Shown here: positions 29,946 through 39,876 of the stretch, piece by piece
Layout of the letters: each line of letters starts with the position of its first letter
Position numbering within the stretch: position 1 is the stretch's first letter
DNA from: a virus
Lineage: Duplodnaviria > Caudoviricetes
Reading direction: 5' to 3' (one strand)
Virus record (IMG/VR): IMGVR_UViG_2657245143_000002
Location: 1 to 64,000 of that record
Length of the DNA: 64,000 bases
Program-made: the position numbers and the translations under genes
Notes under the pieces: model-generated
Databases searched by the model: none
What the model was told of the DNA's origin: nothing
What the model saw: the letters and a program-made list of their open reading frames with translations, nothing else

Positions 29946-29991
29946 GTCCCGCTCCTTTCGTCGAGCTGGGCGGAGCATGGTGCGGAAAATC

Positions 29992-30327
29992 TCAGACGAA
30001 ACGGAGCGGGCTCCTCTCCGATTTCTTGGCGAGGCGCAGGGCCTTCTGGAAGAGCTGGTTGGTGTTCGTGCGGAACGCGGTCGCCTTGACGGGTTCGTGG
30101 CGTTCGATTGCCTCGTTGAGTCTCTGCGCGACGATTGGCCCGCGCGTCCTCGATTCGCCGTCGGCGTCGAGCCTGAGCCATCTGCCGTTGTCGTTGTAAG
30201 CGCCGAAGCCCTTGGTCTCGACGTCGCAGAGCGCGGCGGTCGAGACGGCGAGGGTGCCACCATCCCATCCGAAGAGTGCGGGGTCTATGGCGTTGAGTCG
30301 TTCGGCCAGCCTGTCGAAGTCGTTCAA
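29992..30327 (-). CDS. Hypothetical protein
   Basis: GGAAGGAAGG RBS, TTG start. Confidence 0.6.
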   Translation of the reverse strand: MNDFDRLAERLNAIDPALFGWDGGTLAVSTAALCDVETKGFGAYNDNGRWLRLDADGESRTRGPIVAQRLNEAIERHEPVKATAFRTNTNQLFQKALRLAKKSERSPLRFV

Positions 30328-30377
30328 GTCGTTTCCTTCCTTCCTTGGTCGCGCCGTGCTTGGCGCGGATATGGAAA

Positions 30378-30408
30378 GGCCCGCAGGCTTGCGCGGCCTG
30401 CGGGCCTT
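30378..30408 (-). terminator. Hairpin downstream of 30423..31220
   Basis: AGGCCCGCAGGC...GCCTGCGGGCCT. Confidence 0.6.
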
Positions 30409-30422
30409 CGGTTCGTGTTGTC

Positions 30423-31220
30423 TCAGTCGAGCTGGTCGAGGACGCTCAGGTCAATGACCGGCAGCAGCTTGGAGACGTCGAGCGACACGTCGATGTCGTT
30501 GCCCTTGCCGTCGCCCACGTTCCCGGCCGCCTCCGGGTCAACGGCGGCGAGCACCTTCCACACGGCGCGGACGCGGTTGCGTTCCTTCATCGCCATCGAC
30601 ATGACCTTGATGCCCAGTGCGGCGGGGTCGGACTCGGCCTTCAGCGACTTGGCGTCGGCCACGGCCTTCTTCAGGCCGGTGTCGCCCATGTAGGCCGCGA
30701 CGATCTGCGCGTCCTCGTCCTTGCCCAGATAGTTGGACAGGAACCCGCGCAGGCGCTCGTCGGAGACGGTCTTGTACGCGGCGATGATCTTGCGGATTTC
30801 CGCGAGGGTCGGGCCGCTCGGCTTCTTGGCCTTCGGCTTCGCCTCGGAATCGGCATCGGACGCCTTGGCCTCGGTGCCGGAGAAGTCGGCGTCGAGTTCG
30901 GGCTGGACCGCCCCGCCGTCGCCGGTGGCTTCGTCGGTCGTCTCCACCGGGGCATCGGCGTCGCCATTGCCTTCGGTCTCCTCAGCCGGGGCGTCGGTGT
31001 TGCCGTCGCCGGCGGTCTCCTCGGCCGGGGCGTCGGTCGTCGCGTTCTCGTCGCCGTCGATGGCCGGGGCCTCCACCTGCATGCCGTCGGTCGAAGCGCC
31101 CGCGTCGGGGTCGAGGAAGTTGCCGTTGTTGTAGCCGTTGTAGCCGTAGCCGTTGTCGTTGTCGTTGTTGTAGCTGCTGTCGCCGTAGCCACCCCAGCCG
31201 TTGTTGTATTCGTCAGCCAT
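30423..31220 (-). CDS. Hypothetical protein with N/G/Y-rich and acidic disordered N-terminus
   Basis: 265-aa ORF; third gene of the parA-like operon. Confidence 0.75.
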   Translation of the reverse strand: MADEYNNGWGGYGDSSYNNDNDNGYGYNGYNNGNFLDPDAGASTDGMQVEAPAIDGDENATTDAPAEETAGDGNTDAPAEETEGNGDADAPVETTDEATGDGGAVQPELDADFSGTEAKASDADSEAKPKAKKPSGPTLAEIRKIIAAYKTVSDERLRGFLSNYLGKDEDAQIVAAYMGDTGLKKAVADAKSLKAESDPAALGIKVMSMAMKERNRVRAVWKVLAAVDPEAAGNVGDGKGNDIDVSLDVSKLLPVIDLSVLDQLD

Positions 31221-31281
31221 GTCGCTGCCTTCCGTTCGTTCTTCGGGCCGGTCGTCCGGCCCTTCGTGGAAGGCTGTGCGG

Positions 31282-31739
31282 TCACGCGAGTTCGTTGAGC
31301 GACCTCCACGGCCTGACGGGTTCGGGGCGGAAACCGTTCGACCATGCGAGCGACATGACCCAAGCGCTCAGCCTGCGTCCGTCGCTCCTCCCGTCGAGCA
31401 GCCAGTAGACGGTGAGCGTGCCCATCTTCTCCTCCGGCAATCCAAGCCAGCGCATCATGCGCCGCAGCGTGGTGACCGCCATGCGGTACGTCGCCCCGGT
31501 CAGCGCCTCCTGCAACTGCCAGAGCTTCATCTCGCCCACGGCGCGGTTCGTCGGCGCTTCGGAGAGGACCCAAGTCAGCGCCTCGCCGCCACGTCCGGTG
31601 TTGACGAGCTCCTGACGTGGAAGATGGCCTCGACCCGTTCGCGCTTGAGCCGTTCCCTCGCCTCATTCATCTTGGCGATGTGCTCCGGCGTCGCCTGAGC
31701 ACGGCCCCACTCGGCCCGCTTCTCCTGAGTCCACGCCAT
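31282..31739 (-). CDS. Hypothetical protein (apparent frameshift near 31610)
   Basis: MAWTQEK frame joins ELVNTGRGGEALTWVL...GEMKLWQL frame; ATG overlaps the parA-like stop. Confidence 0.55.
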
Positions 31740-32559
31740 CAGCGCCTCCATCCGCGCTTGGCCGACGGCCTCGGCCTTGTCCTCGGCTTCGGCTTGACGC
31801 CACGCACCCAAGCCCCCGCGCGTGCGAGCCATGCGGGCTCGTGGTCGTCGGGGTATCCGGCTTCCGTTCGGCCAGCAGCCTTCCGCTCGCCGGGGTCCAA
31901 CGGTCGCTGCCCAAGTACCTCCCGAGTCCTTCGAGACGCGACCGCCATCGTTCGGGCGACGTGTCCAAGGATTCCGCGCCGGGCTGCACGGTCGCCACCA
32001 CGCCGATGCCGTTCGGGCTGACGCCCGCCCCGACCAGCGCGTCCAAGGCGTTGCGCCCGTCGTTCAGCGACGAGCCGAGCAGTCCGAGCCTGAACACGAC
32101 GCCGCATGAGCCGGCTTCGGAACCGTGGAGCAGCCAAGGCAGCATCACGCCTCCGGCCACGGTCATGTTGTCGGCCAGAGCCTCCGCGTCGAAACGGTCG
32201 GTGTCCACCACAACATAGTCCGCGAGACCGGCAAGCTCCCCGATGGAGCGGCCCAAGAGATCGAGCGATTTCGGGTTGTACGAGATCGGACCGGGCAACA
32301 CCGCGTACCCCGCGCCGTTCGGGAGACGGTCGGGCGTGACGATGGCGTTCACCATGCGCTCGCGGGCGTCGCCGCCGACGAGCATGTTCTCCAAGCAGTC
32401 GTCGTCGGCCAGTCCGAAGTATTCGCGCTGTGATTGCTGCGTGAGGTTGCCGTCCACGAGCACGGTGCCGCCGAATCTCGATAGGTGCTGGGCCAGCGCC
32501 CTCGCGCCGCTCGATTTGGCGATGCCGCCCGACCCTCCGCTGGAAAATACGACCTTCAT
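31739..32559 (-). CDS. ParA/MinD-like ATPase (apparent frameshift near 31860)
   Basis: N-terminal deviant Walker A SGGSGGIAKS, VLVDGN, DYVVVDT. Confidence 0.7.
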
Positions 32560-32726
32560 AACACTGCCTTCCGATTCCGAGGCCTGAAGGCCCCTCGGAG
32601 GAGCCTGTGCGGGGCCGGGTGCGAAAATCCACGATTATAGGGGTCCGTGGCCGGTGGCGGGCGGGTGGTCGGAAAGGGCCAAAATCGTGGTTTTCGTCAT
32701 GGCGTGGCGGCCCGCTTGGAGATGGC

Positions 32727-32925
32727 CTTTGTATTTGTGATTGTTGGTTTGTTGTTGTCTTTGTTTTTGTGTTTGTTGGTCTGTCTGTTGATTGATTGTT
32801 GATTTGTTGTGTTTGTGTTTTTTGTTGTTGGCTGAGCGAAGAGAAGGCGGGAAGAGAGGGGAGGAGGGAGTCGAGAGGGGAGAAAAAGGAGGAGAGGTGA
32901 GGAGAGGTGCGGGAGGGGAGGAAGG
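32727..32925. repeat. Bipartite strand-biased low-complexity tract (T/G-rich then G/A-rich)
   Basis: TTTGTATTTGTGATTGTTGGTTTGTTG... followed by GAAGAGAAGGCGGGAAGAGAGGGGAGGAGGGAG... Confidence 0.8.
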
Positions 32926-33023
32926 TCGAATCGTCCGGCTCCGCCCTTGGAGGCCGACGACCCGCGATGCGGGAGACGCTTCGCTGTGAAAAAGAGGCGG
33001 GCCGAATGACCCGCCTCCATCGT

Positions 33024-33488
33024 TCAGTCCTCGCGCCACGCGCACGCGAGCCACCACCCGGTGTCGTCGTACATGTCGTCCCCATCCGGGTCGGGGTTGC
33101 TCCACACGCCGGTGACCGGCATCGACCTGATGGTCGCCGCGTCGGCCTTCCCTTCGAGGAAGTCCTCGACCGGCGTCAGGTCCTCCCACCGGTTGACGTT
33201 CATGGCATTGCGGACCAGATAGGCGTCCGGCTGCTCGCCGTCGTAGAAGCACAGGCCGTCGAAGTCGCAGCCCTCCTCGGTCACGGGCACCTCCGCGAAG
33301 ATGCCTCCCATGTCGGCCTCTTCGAGTTCGTACCCGTTGCCGCCGCGCGTGATGGTGACGCCGCCGTAGTACGACTCGATCTCCTTGGCCGCGTCCAACG
33401 CCTCGGCGGCGGTCTCGTACACCCCGCCCAGTTTTTCATCGAGGTAGGTCTGGAACCTCGCCGCGTTCTCCGCCGTCGCATCGCCCAT
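33024..33488 (-). CDS. Highly acidic hypothetical protein
   Basis: AAAGGAG RBS; 154 aa with strong D/E excess. Confidence 0.7.
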   Translation of the reverse strand: MGDATAENAARFQTYLDEKLGGVYETAAEALDAAKEIESYYGGVTITRGGNGYELEEADMGGIFAEVPVTEEGCDFDGLCFYDGEQPDAYLVRNAMNVNRWEDLTPVEDFLEGKADAATIRSMPVTGVWSNPDPDGDDMYDDTGWWLACAWRED

Positions 33489-33532
33489 ATCGTCTCCTTT
33501 GCTTGCCTGCATATCGCATGGCGCGGATTCGC

Positions 33533-34588
33533 TCACAGCGTCCTCGCCGCCTGAGTGCCGAGCCGGCACACCAGACCCCAGAGCGTCATGCCATGCCTCG
33601 CCGCCAAGTTCTCCATGCGCCACTCAAGCTCCGCGTCGTCCCTCACGCCGCTCTTCGTTGACTGGTCGGCCAGATACATCTTGGCGACGGTCTCCCTGTC
33701 GTCGTCCTCCGGCAGCGCGGCCATGAGGTAGCGCAGCGTCCCGCCGTCGATGGTGTCGGTGAGCTTGGCGAGCATCAGCGCCGTCGCGCGTTCCTCTCCC
33801 ATCGTCGCGTCCAGCCCGGTCTCGTAGTCGTTGGAGTCAACGAACCTGTCGAGTGACCGGTGCCAGTAGCCCGCCTCGCGCAGGTCGTCGGCGGTCACGC
33901 GACCCAGAGACAGGAGCTCGCGGCGCTCGCGTCCCATCGGCCTCGGCACGACGATGTTCGAGTAGCCGTCGAGCAGCGAGCGCGGCGACTCCTTGGATTC
34001 CTTGGTCTCGTCAAGCAGGTTGCCGCCGTCCTCGGTGTCGTACTTGGAGATCGGCTCGTCCAGACTGCGCAGCGTGCGGGAAGCCACCGAGCGGGTGATG
34101 GCCTTGGAGATGCCACGGCACCACGCGCTCACGCTGGTTCCGTTGAGTGGCTTCCAGAACGAGTTGCCCTTCCACTGCGACACCTTGCTGTCGCCGGTCG
34201 AGATGCACAGCACCTTCTCGATGACGCGGCCCTTGACGGCGGGGACGACGGTGTGCCAGCCGTTCGGCACCCTGCTCGCCACGGTTTCCTCGATCAGTCC
34301 GAACGAGTCGAGGAGACCGGCGACCAGCTTGCGTTTCTCCGAGCCGGGCCGCAGGTCGTCGTCGGTCCATGTGAACGAGGCGACGAACCGGTCGAGCTCC
34401 CTCGTGTCCTCGAACGGCACATGCCTCGGCCTCTCCGTCGAGTGGCGTGTGCCGTCCTCGCCTTGGACCCTGAGCATGGCCTTCCTGACGATCTCGGCGT
34501 ACTGCCGTGTCTTGCCAAGCTCCTTGGCGCTCAGCCCGGCGGGTATGTCCGGGTCCCGTTCGATGATCGTGTTCCTGTGGTTAGCCAT
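33533..34588 (-). CDS. Hypothetical protein with sigma-70 region 2.3/2.4- and 3.2-like segments
   Basis: FWKPLNGTSVSAWCRGISKAITRSVASRTLRSLDEPISKYDTEDGGNLLD; ORF well supported, function tentative. Confidence 0.55.
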   Translation of the reverse strand: MANHRNTIIERDPDIPAGLSAKELGKTRQYAEIVRKAMLRVQGEDGTRHSTERPRHVPFEDTRELDRFVASFTWTDDDLRPGSEKRKLVAGLLDSFGLIEETVASRVPNGWHTVVPAVKGRVIEKVLCISTGDSKVSQWKGNSFWKPLNGTSVSAWCRGISKAITRSVASRTLRSLDEPISKYDTEDGGNLLDETKESKESPRSLLDGYSNIVVPRPMGRERRELLSLGRVTADDLREAGYWHRSLDRFVDSNDYETGLDATMGEERATALMLAKLTDTIDGGTLRYLMAALPEDDDRETVAKMYLADQSTKSGVRDDAELEWRMENLAARHGMTLWGLVCRLGTQAARTL

Positions 34589-34644
34589 CGCGCACCAGCC
34601 TTTCGTCTCCGAAATTTCACGCGCGGCATGGTGCGGATTCCGGT

Positions 34645-35463
34645 TCAGATGCCGAGCGTGTTCAGCGCCCTCAGCGCGTCGTCCGCGAACCGTTCGGGGC
34701 AGCCGGTCGGCGGCTTCGCGGTGGGGTCCTTCCTTCGGCGTTCGCGCCAAGCCTTGAACGCCTCGGATTGGGCCGCGATGGCCTCGACCGTCGGCGCGTT
34801 CCTCGGGCCGATGGCGTCCTCCGGTCCGATGCGGACCACACCCACGGAAGGCTTCCGCCCCTTGACGGGTTCGCCGGTGGCCCAGCGCCATGCGAGGCCG
34901 TAGGCGGTCGTTCCCTTCTTGATCGCCCTGCTGATTCCGCTCGCCGCCGCGCAGGGCCGGCCTTCCTCCCTCAGTGTTTCGACCGCCTCGGCCATGCAAC
35001 GGTAACGGCGGACGACGCCCTCGCGCGAGACGGACTCGACCGCGCCCTTGGTGGTCGGTCCGGTCGTCCACACCGTGTTCGACCTCGACCAGCGGGAGCC
35101 GGGGTCGAGCCTCGCAAGCCTCGCGTCGTCCGAGTAGCCGTGCCGGTATGCGTCGTCGCGGAACGAGTCGAAGGACAGCCAGCGCTCCTCGATGCCCTTC
35201 GGCTCGTGCAGCAGCCTGCGCCACAGCCGGTGCAGCCGGTCGCCCGACATGTTCGACTCGCCGCCCTGCGACCTGTGCGCGATGCGGTCGCCGCAGGTCC
35301 TCCTGCGCCCGGCGCGGAGTTCGCTCGCGGTCGCACGGCAGGTTCCGCCGCAGTCGCACCAGAGCACGTACTTCCTGCGGTCGGGGTCCCAGCCATGCAC
35401 GGTCAGGGTGCCGAAGCGCTCGCCGTCCCTCAGTGGTCTTCCGCTTGGCCTTCCGTCGTCCAT
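34645..35463 (-). CDS. Phage-type HNH-like endonuclease with NUMOD1-like repeats, probably degenerate
   Basis: GERFGTLTV...CDCG...CG, WLSFDSF, LARLD...SNTVW, RYRCMAEA...ISRAIKKGTTAYGLAWRW. Confidence 0.6.
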   Translation of the reverse strand: MDDGRPSGRPLRDGERFGTLTVHGWDPDRRKYVLWCDCGGTCRATASELRAGRRRTCGDRIAHRSQGGESNMSGDRLHRLWRRLLHEPKGIEERWLSFDSFRDDAYRHGYSDDARLARLDPGSRWSRSNTVWTTGPTTKGAVESVSREGVVRRYRCMAEAVETLREEGRPCAAASGISRAIKKGTTAYGLAWRWATGEPVKGRKPSVGVVRIGPEDAIGPRNAPTVEAIAAQSEAFKAWRERRRKDPTAKPPTGCPERFADDALRALNTLGI

Positions 35464-35550
35464 GCCATCGCCTTTCGTGAGTCGTTTTGAATCGTCCGTT
35501 AACACGGGCTGTGCGCGGCATGGCGCGGAAAGGCACAGCCTCATCTGACA

Positions 35551-37926
35551 ATGCTTCGATTGAAAGGCGGTGCGCCGTTGCGTTGGTTCACCTTTGACAG
35601 GACGCCGGGCGAGAAGATGGACCCGGACGAGTTTCAGAACAGGGCGTTGCAGGCCGCGACGCTCGCGGGCTTGGTCGATTCGCCGTCGCCGGGGGAGTGG
35701 CTGCGCAACATCAACGTCCCCGCGATGATGGTCGTGGCGGAGCGCCATGACGGCTCGGACAGGCTGCTGGTCTGCTTCCCGCAGTGCGAGGGCGACGAGG
35801 CGCTTGAGACGAGGACTGCCCGCGAGCTTGGGGGCGCGGTGCAGGGCGTGCCGCGCGAGACCGAGCCGCCGTCGAGCATCGGGCGCGGCGACCTGCGGGT
35901 CGTCCACAGCCACGTCAAGCGCAACGCCCGATTGTCGCGGGCGAGTCAGGACGGCGCGGACGTCACCAAGCTGACCGCGCCGGAGGACGGCTTCGTGTGC
36001 CTCACCGCGCGTCGTCTGGGCCGTTGGGAGACCGAGCGCGTGAGGTCTTGGGTCAGCGACGAGACGAACTCGCAGGCCGACGGCAACAAGCTGCGCAAGC
36101 CGGGCGTCGCCGCGGTGAGGGTCACGGCGGGCTCGCCGTCCTTGGCCGACGCCCGCACCGCATGCCAGCAGGGCATGGCGTCGCTGCGCACCGGGCTCGA
36201 CCACACCGTGTCGTGGAAGTCGCGGCCCGGACTGGGGCTCGTGCTTCTGTCGGGAGCGCTTTTCACCGCCGTGTTGACGGCATGGCTCATCTACGATCTT
36301 CCCATCTGGCCGGCGTTCCCGCTGCTGGCGCTGCTGGTCTACTCCGTCCTCCGTCTCCTGCGGCTGCGCTCCGACCTGCCCGGCCACGAGATGTTCCGCA
36401 CGCCACGCCACTACTGGTGGGCCGCGAGGAAGCGCACGGCGGACAGCGACGACTTCAAGTCGAGGTTCGGCGGCGACGACCGGGACGAGGGCGCACCGGG
36501 CCGCAGGCTGGTGCGGGCGTATGCGTTGCAGCGTTCGAGCCTGCCGGTGCCGCCGGGAACCTTGGCGGCGCTGTGCGCACCGGAGAGGGGCAAGGCCATG
36601 AGCAAATCCGGCGCGACGTTCGCCGCCGACGGCTTCCGTGATGCCGACGGTCCCCTGATCGGCTACGACGCGGCGAACAACCCGGTGCGATTGAGGAGGG
36701 ATACGCTCTACGGCGGCGTGGCGATAGTGGGCGAGGCCGGAAGCGGCAAGACGAACCTGACCGACCTGCTCCAGTCTTGGCTCTGGTCGCACGAGGAGGA
36801 CAACCAGATGCTCAGCTTCGAGGTGAAGACCGCGAACCGCGTGCCGCTGCTGAGGGAGCTGTCGCACGGCAGGCTGAAGGTCATAGACATGATGGGCCTG
36901 CCGGACGAGCCGGTCATCGACATGCTCGGCCCCGGCGACATCGAGACGCGGGCGCAGCGATTCGCGGATTTGGTTCGCTTCGCCTATCCGGCGGGTTCCG
37001 TCATGGGCGCTTCGCTCGCCCAGTTGCATGACGCGGCGCTTGTCGGCCAGTGGTTCGTCGCCCAGCCGAAGGCCCGCGAATACGCCGCCAAGGTCGGCAT
37101 CACGCTCGACGCAGGCGACGGCTGGCTGACCATCGCGCACATCGTGCTGCTCGGACGCGGCGTGCAGCAGGCGACGATGCTCCTCAAGGCGTCCGACGCC
37201 CTGCGGCCGCCGGCGGAGATTCGGGACGCCTACGCCCGTCTTCTTGGCGAGCGCCGTGGCACCGGCAAGCTGGCGATGTCGGACACGCAGTTGATGAACA
37301 AGCTCTCCGCTCCGCTGAACAAGGTGAGCGATCTTCTCAAGGCATCGCCCGTGTTCGACGTGAGGCGTCCGAAGGTCACTTGGGACTTTGTGCTCCAGCG
37401 TCGCCTCGACATCGCCATCGTGCTGTCCGTCTCGACCCGTGGCGTTTCCATGCCGGCAGGACTGCCGGACATCCTCGGCCCGATGCTGCTCAAGTCTCTG
37501 AGGGAGTCCGTCGAGCGGGTCTGCGGTGGCTGGCAGCGCGATGGCAGGTCGCTGACCGTGGTGTGCGACGAGCTGTCCATGCTCTCCGCCGACGATGGCT
37601 CCGTGGTCGCTTGGATGCGCGAGAAGGGCCGAGAGTTCGGCGTGGAATGCCTGTTCGCCACTCAGAATCCACGCCAGCTCAACGACGAGGTGCGCAACAG
37701 CTTCCTCGGCTACATGACCGTGGCGAGCTTCCTGATCGGCAACCCGCAGATTTCCGACGAGGTTGCCGCCGTCCTCGATGACGGCACCGGCGAGTGGACG
37801 GGCGCTCGCGTGAGGTCGATAGCCAAGTACCATGTCGCGCTGAAGACGCGCGGCAAGGACGGCCCGCTGCCGACCGCCGTGGTCAGGGTTCCGTTGGCGA
37901 AGTCGAAGTCGGGCCTTACGGCGTGA
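35551..37926 (+). CDS. VirD4/TraD-like type IV coupling protein
   Basis: Two TM helices then GEAGSGKT, VVCDEL, GREFGVECLFATQ; start uncertain. Confidence 0.75.
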   Translation: MLRLKGGAPLRWFTFDRTPGEKMDPDEFQNRALQAATLAGLVDSPSPGEWLRNINVPAMMVVAERHDGSDRLLVCFPQCEGDEALETRTARELGGAVQGVPRETEPPSSIGRGDLRVVHSHVKRNARLSRASQDGADVTKLTAPEDGFVCLTARRLGRWETERVRSWVSDETNSQADGNKLRKPGVAAVRVTAGSPSLADARTACQQGMASLRTGLDHTVSWKSRPGLGLVLLSGALFTAVLTAWLIYDLPIWPAFPLLALLVYSVLRLLRLRSDLPGHEMFRTPRHYWWAARKRTADSDDFKSRFGGDDRDEGAPGRRLVRAYALQRSSLPVPPGTLAALCAPERGKAMSKSGATFAADGFRDADGPLIGYDAANNPVRLRRDTLYGGVAIVGEAGSGKTNLTDLLQSWLWSHEEDNQMLSFEVKTANRVPLLRELSHGRLKVIDMMGLPDEPVIDMLGPGDIETRAQRFADLVRFAYPAGSVMGASLAQLHDAALVGQWFVAQPKAREYAAKVGITLDAGDGWLTIAHIVLLGRGVQQATMLLKASDALRPPAEIRDAYARLLGERRGTGKLAMSDTQLMNKLSAPLNKVSDLLKASPVFDVRRPKVTWDFVLQRRLDIAIVLSVSTRGVSMPAGLPDILGPMLLKSLRESVERVCGGWQRDGRSLTVVCDELSMLSADDGSVVAWMREKGREFGVECLFATQNPRQLNDEVRNSFLGYMTVASFLIGNPQISDEVAAVLDDGTGEWTGARVRSIAKYHVALKTRGKDGPLPTAVVRVPLAKSKSGLTA

Positions 37927-37960
37927 GCTCCGTTCGATAGGGCGTTAACAATCATCAACG

Positions 37961-37991
37961 AAGCCCACGGCCTGTGAAAGGTCGTGGGCTT
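37961..37991. terminator. Hairpin between convergent genes
   Basis: AAGCCCACGGCCT...AGGTCGTGGGCTT. Confidence 0.6.
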
Positions 37992-37999
37992 CTCTTGTC

Positions 38000-38644
38000 T
38001 CAGTGTTGCTTCCGGCTCTTCGAGATTCTGCGGACCCTTTCGGTCATCGCAGCCATACCGGTTCCGCCGATGTCCAGATCGGCCATCTCCATGAGCAGTT
38101 CGGCGGGCGTGCTCCCGTTGCCGATGACGGCTTGGCGCACGTCCGCGTCCCTGTCCATCGAAAGCGCCCTCAGCGACCTGACCGGGGTGGAGGGGTGTCC
38201 CGCCACCGCCTCCCTGATGTCCGAGCGGTCGTCCCTCGCCAGTTCGGCCAGCCGCTCGGCGGGCAGACGCGGGTTGCGGGCGGCGCGGAGCCGCACAAGC
38301 GGGCTGGCGTCGCCCCCTAGACGGTCCAGCGTCTCGACGGGTGTGCGCATGTTGTCGGCCACGGCCCAGCGCACCTGCGGTTCGGTGTCCTCGGCCAGCC
38401 GGACCAGCATCTCGTTGGGGGTGCGGATGTTCCCCGCCACGGCCCATCGCACCGCCGGGTCGGTGTCGTGCGCGAGCTTCGTCAGCACTTCGGTGGCCGT
38501 GCGTGGATTCAGGGCCACCAGCCCCCTGACGCCGCCCGCGCCTTCGTCGGCCAGCGCCGCCAGCAGCTCCGGGTCGGTCGTCCCCTCACCCGCCAGAGTC
38601 TCAAGTTGCTCCTCGGTCAGGTTCCTCAGTTTCTCATTAACCAT
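38000..38644 (-). CDS. Leucine-rich-variant/HEAT-like repeat protein
   Basis: 24-aa repeats LA.D....VR.AVA.N..TP...L. Confidence 0.8.
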   Translation of the reverse strand: MVNEKLRNLTEEQLETLAGEGTTDPELLAALADEGAGGVRGLVALNPRTATEVLTKLAHDTDPAVRWAVAGNIRTPNEMLVRLAEDTEPQVRWAVADNMRTPVETLDRLGGDASPLVRLRAARNPRLPAERLAELARDDRSDIREAVAGHPSTPVRSLRALSMDRDADVRQAVIGNGSTPAELLMEMADLDIGGTGMAAMTERVRRISKSRKQH

Positions 38645-38762
38645 GTCGGCCTCCTAGATCGTACGGGTGCGGCATGGCGCGGATTTCCGTGACCGGTCTT
38701 GGCGGGCGTGCTAACAACCGGCACTAGACTGGAGGAAACCCGACGAGGACGAGGGGAGCATC

Positions 38763-39711
38763 ATGGGACTGCTTGATTCACTGAGGGGCTTGCTTGGTCG
38801 TGGAGCCGCCGCACCGGAAAGCAACCGACCGACGAACATCGACCCTTGGCGAACACCTGCGAGCGCGGGCGGTGGAAACCCGTCCCTGAGCGTCACGCTG
38901 CGGCTGCCGGACTGCGTGCAGCTCAGCGGCACCACGACGACCTGCAAGGACGCCATGCTGGGATTCGCCCGGCGTCACGGCATCGACCGGCGGGGCGGTT
39001 GCCGCGAGACCGTGGGCCGGCTCCGGCACGAATCGGACAACCCCAAGAGCGACAAGGCCATCGCCGTGGTGGTCGAGGGTGAGCGCGTCGGCTATCTTCC
39101 GGGCGCGTACTTAGAGGGCTTCCGTCTGATCGAGGGTGCCGCCAAGGAGGTGCCCGTGCAAATCTTCACGGCCCTGCTCCCGAAGGCCTCCGCTGCGAGG
39201 CGTGGGTCTGGCTGGGCGACGGGACGCCTGAGTGGCTGTGGTCGGAGACGAACCATCCGCCCATGTCTCCGCAGGAGAAGGCGGCGGCCAACCACCGGGA
39301 CAACGTGGAGCTCGTGCGCGAGGGTCTGGCCGAGGGCGGCGGACGCGCCGAGGAGTTCAGGCGCGGCACGGTCAACGGCGTGCATTATCTGGAGACGGTC
39401 GAACCGATCAAGCAGCTCAAGCGCGAGGGCAGGCTGGACGAGGCGTTGGCGCTGTGCATGCAATCGGTGCAGGCCGCCGAGAACGAGGCGGTCGCGGAGC
39501 GGGCCGAGGGCTTGGGGCGCGAGCCTGCGCCGTGGTACACGGAGCAGGCGGCCATCGTGCTGCGCAAGCTTGGTCGGCTTGACGAGGAGGAGGCACTGCT
39601 GCGCCGGTATCTCGACCATGTGCCGCCGGAGAGCATGGGCAACACCGGGCCGAGGGACATCAGGGAGAGGCTTGACAAGCTGGTGGCGAAGCGGGCGAAG
39701 GCCGGCAAGTG
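38763..39711 (+). CDS. HIRAN-domain protein with helical C-terminus (apparent frameshift near 39185)
   Basis: LRHESDNPKSDKAIAVVVEGERVGYLP; joins the ORF beginning at 39263. Confidence 0.7.
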
Positions 39712-39876
39712 AGCGACCTTCGACCGGGTGTTAGCAGCGGGCCGCATGCGACGGCGGGATGCTGCGGCGCATGCGGCCCGATCATGCGCTCAGCGTGGAC
39801 GCGGTGGCGGAGCTGCTGAGGCGGTGGATATACAACGGCTCGCTGCCCCAACGCTGGGGCTTGGTCCGAAAGTGAA

